This document shows, one piece after another, positions 39,201-48,200 of a stretch of DNA of 64,000 bases. The stretch comes from an uncultured Candidatus Saccharibacteria bacterium (GTDB taxonomy: Bacteria > Patescibacteriota > Minisyncoccia > Phycocordibacterales > JAKAEA01). The stretch is taken from NCBI GenBank assembly GCA_964577595.1, contig CAZNZK010000001.1:208144-272143 (forward strand). The letters run 5' to 3'. The translations under genes were made by a program, and so were the position numbers. Position 1 is the first letter of the stretch, and each line of letters starts with the position of its first letter. The notes under the pieces were generated by a model, which ran no database searches, was not told the origin of the DNA, and saw nothing but the letters and a program-made list of their open reading frames with translations.

Positions 39201-42200
39201 GCCGCGTTGTTAGCAACAAGGCCACCAGCATAAGCAACACCAGCGTTTCCACCGACGCCGCCCACGCCACCAGAAGCGGCCGTACCACCTGAAAGTGCTC
39301 CGCCAGTAGCGCCGCCCGTGCCACCAACGCCAGCCGTGCCCGCAGTGCCGCTAGTTGACGTGGCATTCCCTGTTGCATACGAAGTGTTTTCAATAATACC
39401 GGCGTTGGAACCGATTAATCCTCCCGCATAACTCGTGCCACCAGTGCTGGAAGTGCCACCAGTGCCGCCCGTGCCACCCTTGTTCAAAGATCCACCAAGA
39501 CCGCCAATAACCCCAGTAACTCCATTACCCGAAGAGCCGCCCGTGGCCACAACATTCTCGGTGGAATGACTACCAATAATAGAGAGATCCGTGTTTGCAC
39601 TCGCGCTTGTTTGGCCTATTAAGCCTCCGGCATAAGCGTTGCCACCAGCACCACTCGTACCACCAGCGAGCGTCCCGCCACCGGCAAATGCACCAGCACC
39701 GGCTCCAGAATATCCAGCACTACCACCCTGGCCGCCCTGACCACCCTTTGCTGAGACAATATTAGTTGTAGAGGTTGCGGCGGAATTCTGATAATTGCCA
39801 GTTCCACTTGTGACACTGCTGTACCCTACCAAGCCACCAGCATCAGCTTCACCACCTGCACCGCCGTTGCCGCCGACGCCACCGTTACCGCCAAGGGAAC
39901 TTCCTGTGCTACTGGCTGCATTACCGCCAACGTTTCCAATACTGCCAATTCCTCCAGTTGAACTGGCAAAACCAATCGCAAATGAATTTATAAAATTATT
40001 AATGCCGGTAGTGAACCTATTATTACCGATTAAACCTCCGGCGTAAGCGTTGCCACCCACGGCAGCCGCGACCGCGGCGGGACCGCTCACTCCAGTTACT
40101 GTTGTAGTTGAAAGACCGGCACTACCTGAAGAACCGGCCGTGCCGGCATTTCCTCCTAATGCTGAAACGTTGCCGAGAGCATAATCATTTAAAAAGTTGC
40201 CTGTGCCGGCTGCAAAACTACTGAAGCCTACGAGGCCACCAGCATCGGCTTCACCACCGACCCCAGCCACGCCGCCCAAAGCACCAGTCGATCCCACGTG
40301 CCCCGTTGTGCCATAAAAACCACTACCGCCGTTGCCACCAGTGCCACCGTTGCCACCGTTGCCGCCGACAATCGAGACTGTTCCAGTCGCGTAAGAATTT
40401 ACGACCTGGATAGTAAGTGCCGCTCCAGAAATAGTTCCTACTAAGCCACCGCCAAACACAACACCACCAGCTCCGCCTATTCCACCTGGAAACCCAGCAG
40501 CCGCCGTTCCACTTGAGGTTGTTGTTCCGGAAGTACCACCAGCGCCACCGTTGCCGCCAAGACCGCCGTTGCCACCCGTCATAAAAATAGTAACTAAAGA
40601 ATATGACGACTGCTGAATGACGCCCAAATCGTTACCGATAAGCCCTCCGAATTCTAACGTCCCAGAGTTGCCACCGTTGCCACCGATGAGTCCGACACCG
40701 CCGACGCTACTGCCAGCTCCCGCGCCACCATTGCCGCCGTTGCCACCAATACCGCCAGTTTGCTCAACACCCGTGATTGTCAGAGATTGCGAATACGAAG
40801 AAGAAACTGTTGCGGAACTATAGCCTAATAGTCCGCCAACAATAGCACCGTTTGTTGCCCCTCCGACAGCAGCTGTTGTACCGCCGACACCGCCGACACC
40901 GCCACTCACAACCGCCGAGCCGCCGTTGCCGGCATTACCGGCATTACCAGTGCCGCCGGTATTAATATAAATATTTCCCGCTCCGGAAATCGGATCAACA
41001 CTCGTCCACGAAGCAACGACGTCTGCCACCGTATAGCCCGCCAATCCACCAGCATATACAATTCCGGAAGCGCCACCAGCGCCGGCGTTAGAGCCAGCCG
41101 CTCCTCTATTAGCAACTCCACTAATACCGTTTGATCCATTTTGACCGGAGCCTCCGGCAATGTTAAGAGTTGTTTCGGAATACGATCCGTTCACTACGCC
41201 AGTACTGTAACCTACGAGCCCACCGGCATATACTGACCCGCCAGCGCCACCGGCACCGCCAGCGCCGGCAAGACCGCTCAAGCCGGTACCAGTTCCAATG
41301 CCACCTGTGCCTCCCTGAACAGATGCCCCACCGGCACCACCAGTAGCAGTGACCGTTCCCGACACGGCATACGAGTTGCTAATAGTCCCCGTTATATTTT
41401 GTCCGACGAGACCGCCGGCTTGCACTGCTGTTGCTGGTGGGCCAACACCGCTGGCACCAGGACCGCCCGCTCCACCGACGCCGCCAATGCCACCAGTTTG
41501 GTTGACACCGGCAGAACCATCACCGGCATTACCACCAATGCCACCCTGGCCGCCAATGCCACCAGTGGTTGAAGCATTCGCCATCGCATACGAATTATTA
41601 ATAATCGCTCCGGCTCCGGTATTTATTCCCACCAAACCACCAATGTTGACCGCGCCACCCGTGCCACCAAGGAATCCGGCACCGCCAGCTGCTGTGGTTG
41701 AGGCGGATAAAAATGCCCCGGAAGCGCCAGCGTTGCCGCCCGCACCACCAATACCACCGCTACCAACATTCGCCGTTACCATACCGAGAATATGATAGTC
41801 ATATTGCAGAGTACCTGAATTTGATCCAATCAAACCGCCGGTATAATTAACGCCACCGTTGTTGCCAGCTACCCCGTTGCCGCCAATGCCGCCTATAAAC
41901 TGGCCGTTACCGGCACCGCCAATACCTCCGGAACCGCTGTTGCCACCATTTCCTGAAGTTCCCGTAACAGCTCCGGTAGAATATGAACTGTCAATTTCGC
42001 CGGAAGTCACGAATCCAACCAGACCTCCCACGTAGACCGTGCCACCGAGACCGCCGGCAATTCCGGTGCCACCGTTGCCACCTGGATTATTAGCCCCAAG
42101 TCCACCCTTACCACCGTTACCTCCAATGCCAGCGTTACCAGCGGAGATGGAAACGGTTCCGGTGGCATAGGCATTACTGATAAAAATATTTGTGTTGGTA

Positions 42201-45200
42201 AATCCTACCAATCCTCCACCGTAAGCAAAACCTCCTGCGCCGCCACCGGCGCCGTTGCCGCCGTTGCCGCCCGACATTGTGGTTGTGGCGGTTGTGGTAC
42301 CGTCTCCACCTAAGGCACCGAAACTTCCCGTTCCACCAACCTGCCCTATAACTAAAATATTTCCCGTGGAAGAGGCGTTGCTAATAGTATCTCCGGTACC
42401 GCCAATATATCCAAAAAGACCGCCGACATATGTATAGGAACTGGCTGCGCCACCGGCACCACCCGCGCCGCCGTTGCCGCCCAAAGCTCCAACAGTTCCG
42501 TTAATCGCTGTACCACCGGTGCCACCCGTGCCGCCCGTCGCGTAAACATTGCTCGTTGAATAAACAGCATTAAATAAAAGATCATTGGTAGTATTGTTGT
42601 AGCCGGCGATACCTCCAACGTACACCGCCCCGGTTATACCACCACCACCGCCAGTACCGCCGGTGCCATTTCTACCTCCCAACCCACCAGCCGGACCGCC
42701 CGTGCCGCCCGTTCCACCCGTGCCACCGCCCGCGCCCAAAACCGCATTGATAGTTCCATTCTGGCTATTTGATGACAAAATATCTCCGTTGTCTTGACCG
42801 GCTAAACCTCCCATATATAGAGCACCACCGGTGCCACCCGTGCCGCCGGCACCGGCCGCACCACCGCTATGACCGTTGAGTCCTAATGTTCCATCACCAC
42901 CGTTTCCTCCTTGGCCAGCAGCAGCACCGGGTGTTCCATCTGCCGTCATACTGCCAACCACTATCACTGAAGAATTTATAATGACTCCCGGATTATCACC
43001 GGTAAGTCCTCCTATATATGTAGCGCCACCAACGCCGCCGTTGCCACCAGTGTTACCAGCACCTCCTGTGCCGCCAATAGCAGCACCGGAAGCTCCAGCC
43101 TTACCACCCGTGCCGCCAGCACCGGCCGTACCGCCATTAACTGAAATAGTAGTAACGGTGTACGTAACGCCACTAATGATACCCGTATTTGAACCGGTCA
43201 CCCCACCACCATACGCCGCGCCGCCGTTGCCGCCCGCACCACCAATGCCACCGGCACCACCGATAAATCCTGAGGTGCTTGTGGCATTTCCTCCGGCGCC
43301 ACCAGTACCACCATAACCTCCGAGGCCCCCAGTTGAATAAATTCCTCCCGTATTATTTGCCGTGCCTATTGTTGATCCAGCAACGCCGTTCCAAGCAACA
43401 ACACCACCAACATAGGTGGCCCCACCGTTGCCGCCAAGACCACCAACAACAGCGGCTTCGGATACTCCGTTGATACCCGTTCCGCTCGTGCCGCCATTTC
43501 CAGCATTACCGCCATAACCGCCGGTGCCACCGGTTGATGTAGCATTCCCCATCGCATAAGAATCAACACCCACCAACCCCAAGTTGTTTGCTATCAAACC
43601 ACCCGAGTAACTCGCGCCGCCCGTGCCGCCAGCACCGCCAATGTTGCCGGCACCACCGACAACTCCACCACCGGAGGAATTACCACCATTAGCGCCGGGA
43701 GCACCAGGAGCGCCAGTGCCGCCGGTTGAGCTTGCTGTCCCTAGTGCATATGAAAAATTTTGAACAATACCGTTGGCGCTGTTTTGCCCCAGCAAACCTC
43801 CGGCGTAGGCAGGGCCGCCAGCACGAGCAGTAATCAAAGCGCCAGTATCAAGCGCGCCGTTGGCACCGCCAGCCATACCAGTTGACCCACTACCACCAAG
43901 ACCGCCGGAACCAGGCGCGCCACCAGTACCACCGAGCGCGGAAACATTTCCTGTCGCATACGAATGATCAATAACGCCCGTGCTCAGCGCTACTAAACCC
44001 CCAGCGTAAGCGGTTCCGCCAAGACCACCGATCGCGCCGCCAGTGCCACCAGTGGCTCCAACGCCACCAGCACCGCCAGTGCCACCGTTTCCAGCATTGC
44101 CCGCTACTGATGTTACCGTCGCGGCGGCATAAGAATTTGCTTGAATAAAACCAGCTACGTTATTTCCCACCCCACCACCTGCATATGAAAACGCTCCCAG
44201 GCCTCCGGTGCCACCAGTGCCGCCGGCACCACCAAGAGCCCCACTGCCACCAATACCGCCGGCACCGCCGGTAGCTCCGTTGCCACCAGAACCAGCGGTA
44301 GCGGTTACGGAACCGGCAGAGATATATGAATTGGTAATTGTTGAAGAGTTGTATCCGGCAATACCTCCGCCATAAGCCGCGGCTCCGGCACCACCCGTAC
44401 CGCCCTGCACTCCGGAAGCGCCAACTTGACTCGCGCCTCCCGTAGAACCATTACCGGCTGCTCCGGCAGCTGCTCCGGGTTGGCCAGAAACTGAAAGAGC
44501 AATAACCGTGGTTGACGCGGTTGAGCTGGCAATAATAGTGGTGTTATATCCCACCAATCCACCAGCGTAAGCAATAGCACCAGTACCACCAGTACCGCCA
44601 GTGCCACCCGCCGCGGCAGTAGCAGCAATAGTTCCGGTAGTGGTGCCGGCCCCGCCACCCGCGCCACCTAAACCAGGAATACCTGAGGTTGACGTGACAT
44701 TTCCAATAAAATTATTTCCACCCTGGACGATGCCGGCACTATCTCCAATAAGCCCGCCGGCGTAAGATACGCCGGCAGTGCCGCCCGTTCCACCACTGCC
44801 ACCGACACCGCCGATAGAGTTGGTACCGCCAGCTCCGCCACTGCCACCATTGCCAGCATTGCCACCCTGACCACCGTTCGCAATTATGGATCCAGTTGAT
44901 GAGGCTGTTGTTACTGTGCCGGCAACAAAGTTTCCGATTACTCCTCCACTGAAGGCGTTGCCACCCGTGCCGCCGCCAAGACCACCCAGCCCGGCGCCGC
45001 CGGTAGTTGACGTTGCCGTTCCACCAGCTCCGCCATTACCACCAACGCCACCCGCGCCGCCGTTCGCGGTTATGGTGCCAATTGAATATGAACTTAGAAT
45101 ATCTCCGTTATTTTGATCACCGACAACTCCGCCAACATATGCAACACCGCCAGTTAAGCCGGCGCTACCAGCAACACCGGACGTGCTCGTCGTTCCCACA

Positions 45201-48200
45201 CCACCATTTGCTCCGGCACCACCAGCTCCGGCTGTGCCTGTGAGGTTCGCCAAAAAATAACTACTCGTAATAGTTGGCCCTGAGTTGTAACCGGTAATTC
45301 CGCCAGCGTAAATAATCGCGCCGATAATCGCCGTGCCGGCAGCACCAGGCGTGCCACCAGTGCCGCCAGGCCCCGCGCCGCCGACACCGGCAGCGCCACC
45401 CGCTCCGGCTATTCCGGAAATATTTCCCGTCGTATGATAGCTGTTCGTAATAATATTGGTATTATTGCCGGATATTCCTCCTATATATAGAACGCCAGCG
45501 GCGCCGCCCGTGCCGCCACCGACGCCAGCATAGCCGAGCAAGCTCGCCGCGCCCGTTCCTCCGGTGCCACCGGTGCCACCATTAGCCGAGAGTGCATTTT
45601 GAGAAAATGAGTTTTGAATGGTTCCCGTATTGCTTCCGACAAGCGCGCCCGCGTAAGTTGCTGTTCCGTTAGCGGAACCTCCCGTGCCTGAAGTGCCACC
45701 CGTGCCGTTTGCGGCGCCGGATGTGCCTTTAGCACCGCCAATTCCGCCCGTGCCACCCATGCCACCATTGCCGCCCGTCACCGTAACAAGCCCCGCAGTG
45801 GAATCAGCCATACTAATAAGTCCCGCGTTTAATCCCACGAGACCACCGGCATATGCAGCGCCACCAACGGCACCGTTCGCCGCATTGCCGCCATTGCCGC
45901 CGCTCGCCGCCGTACCACCCTGGCCGCCCGCGCCGCCATTGCTACCATTCTTACCAGCAGATCCTGTGGCCGTTACGGCACCGCTTGCATATACAGTACT
46001 TGTTGCCCCGGTGATAATTCCATCAGCACTATTTTGCGCTACTAAGCCTCCGGCATAAGCAATAGCTCCAGCACCACCAATGGCACCGGCGCCACCGCCT
46101 AGGGCAGTCGCTGTTGATGCGGCCGCACTGGTACTGGCCATGCCACCGGCAGATGCATTACCCGCAATGCCGGCAAGTGACTGCACCGTGCCGGTAGCGT
46201 ACGAACCGGTCTCAATAGTTCCTAAATTGTTTGCCACCAAGCCACCGGCAAATGAGTTGCCACCCGCGCCGCCAACAGCACCGTTGCCGCCTGCACCGCC
46301 AGTAGCAGCCACGTTGCTGTTACCACCCTGCCCGCCCGTACCGGCAATTCCCGCCACGCCGCCAGCGCCACCATAGGCCGTAACATTTCCAGTTGCCGCG
46401 GAAGCCATAATCGTGCCAGTGTTGAGCCAGCCAATCAAGCCGCCGACATAGCTAATGCCACCAGCACCGGGAATACCAACACTGCCTCCACCACCGCCTG
46501 TTCCCGTGCCGAAGTTCATACCACCATTGCCACCGTTACCACTGGCGCCGCCCGCGCCGCCGCTACCAATAACCGCAACCGTGCTCAACGCGTTCGTGAT
46601 ACTACCTTGTGCAGACCACCCAACCAGACCTCCAATATAAACGACGCCACCAGTGGCACCGGCATTCGTTGGCGTCGTGCCTCCCACACCGCCAGTGTTA
46701 GCAAAACCAGCCGGAGTATCACCGCCGTTACTCGCGTTTCCTTCAGTACCGCCCGCGCCGCCCGCGCCAGTTACTGTTCCAGAGATATTAATATTTGAAA
46801 TTGTTCCGGCGTTATAGGCGACCAGGCCGCCGACATAAATGTTGCTACCCGCGGTACCGGCAGAGTTGTTATTACCAGGAGTGCTTGTCGCCACGGCTGC
46901 GGCATTAGCGGTACTCAAGCCCGGCGTGCCTGTCGCCGAAATAAGTAAATTTGCCAGAGTGAGATTTTGAATGTTACTGCTGTTATATCCAAAAAGACCG
47001 GCGTAGGTTATGGAGCTTGAAGCAATAAATAAGTTGCTGACCGTAAATCCATTACCATTGAAATTTCCCGTGAAGCTTGTCGTGTTATTTCCTATCGGCA
47101 CAAAACCACTGCTTGAATTCCAGGATGAAGTCACGGTCGCGTCAACACTGCTGTTAAGCTGGTAAGAACTCGTCAGGTTGGTTTTGACCCCCTGCAAGCC
47201 ATAGACGTCATAAATTATATACGGATCATTCGTTGAGCCGATACCGGTGTACCTTCTAAACGTACCGGCATTGATGGCAAAATTATTGCCGACGGAAAAA
47301 TAGTTGTTGGCAGGATTCCCGACCGTGAGAGTAGCAAAGTAGGTGCCGGAGTTTTGAATAAAATTGTTTGTAATCGCCAGGTTGGCGTTCTGGTTGATGC
47401 TTCCGGCGAAGCCGTTTATGGAGAATGAACTGATAGTTGAAGAAGCATCAATTGTCACAATGGAGGAAGCGATTCCGGAGTTTCCATCAAAAATGACCGT
47501 AGTTGTGGTACCAGGCGCATTCACGGTGCTGGTGAAAGTGGCACCGGAGGAAGTCGCCCAGTGAGTGCCACCGACATCCGACCAAAGCCCCGTGCCATTA
47601 ACCCAATAAGCAGTAGCCGGAGGAGTCACCGGGTCAACGATGTAGTCAATGTCTATGTTTCCGGAAATTCGCAAATCAAAAAGGTCGGTCGGTGTTTGCA
47701 AGTCGGGCATCAGAATCCGATACTTTCCTTCCTGATTAATTTGAAATGTTGCGTGGAGCGCGTCGCCTTCCGTAGTACTTCCTTCGGCGTCAGTATATAC
47801 CGGGTACACGGTTATTGAACCCGTCTGGCTCGCATCGTCCGCTTTGGCATAGAGTGTGACGTCGTTTGTGTTGTTCAAAATTTGATCAAACGTGACCCGG
47901 ACAGATTGGCCGGAAGCGATGGTAGCGTAGTTTCCATCTTGCGCCTGCACGAGGCTATAAATATCACCGATCGGGTTAAGATTCGCGTCCAACTGCAAGG
48001 CTTTGGAAATGTAAATAATTTGAAATGTTTGAGTTGAAAGGTGCGGCACAATCCACTGAAGGTGATCAATGTACCCATTGCCATCTTCATCAAGCGCGGT
48101 AAATTGCATTGGTTGACCGCCATTGTTCGCCCAATTTATTTTAATTTGATTTTCTTGACCCACTTTAAAGAGTTCTGGAATAGTAATGGTGACCGGTACG

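Noticed and set aside
37353-46376. Numerous plus-strand proline-rich ORFs (e.g. 37353..37724, 41349..41795, 42876..43316, 45684..46058, 46080..46376) inside the giant gene
   Set aside because: These are mirror-image artefacts of GGN-rich coding on the minus strand (CCN on the plus strand). They are low complexity, carry no start or stop context, and are fully nested in an 18.5-kb continuous ORF.
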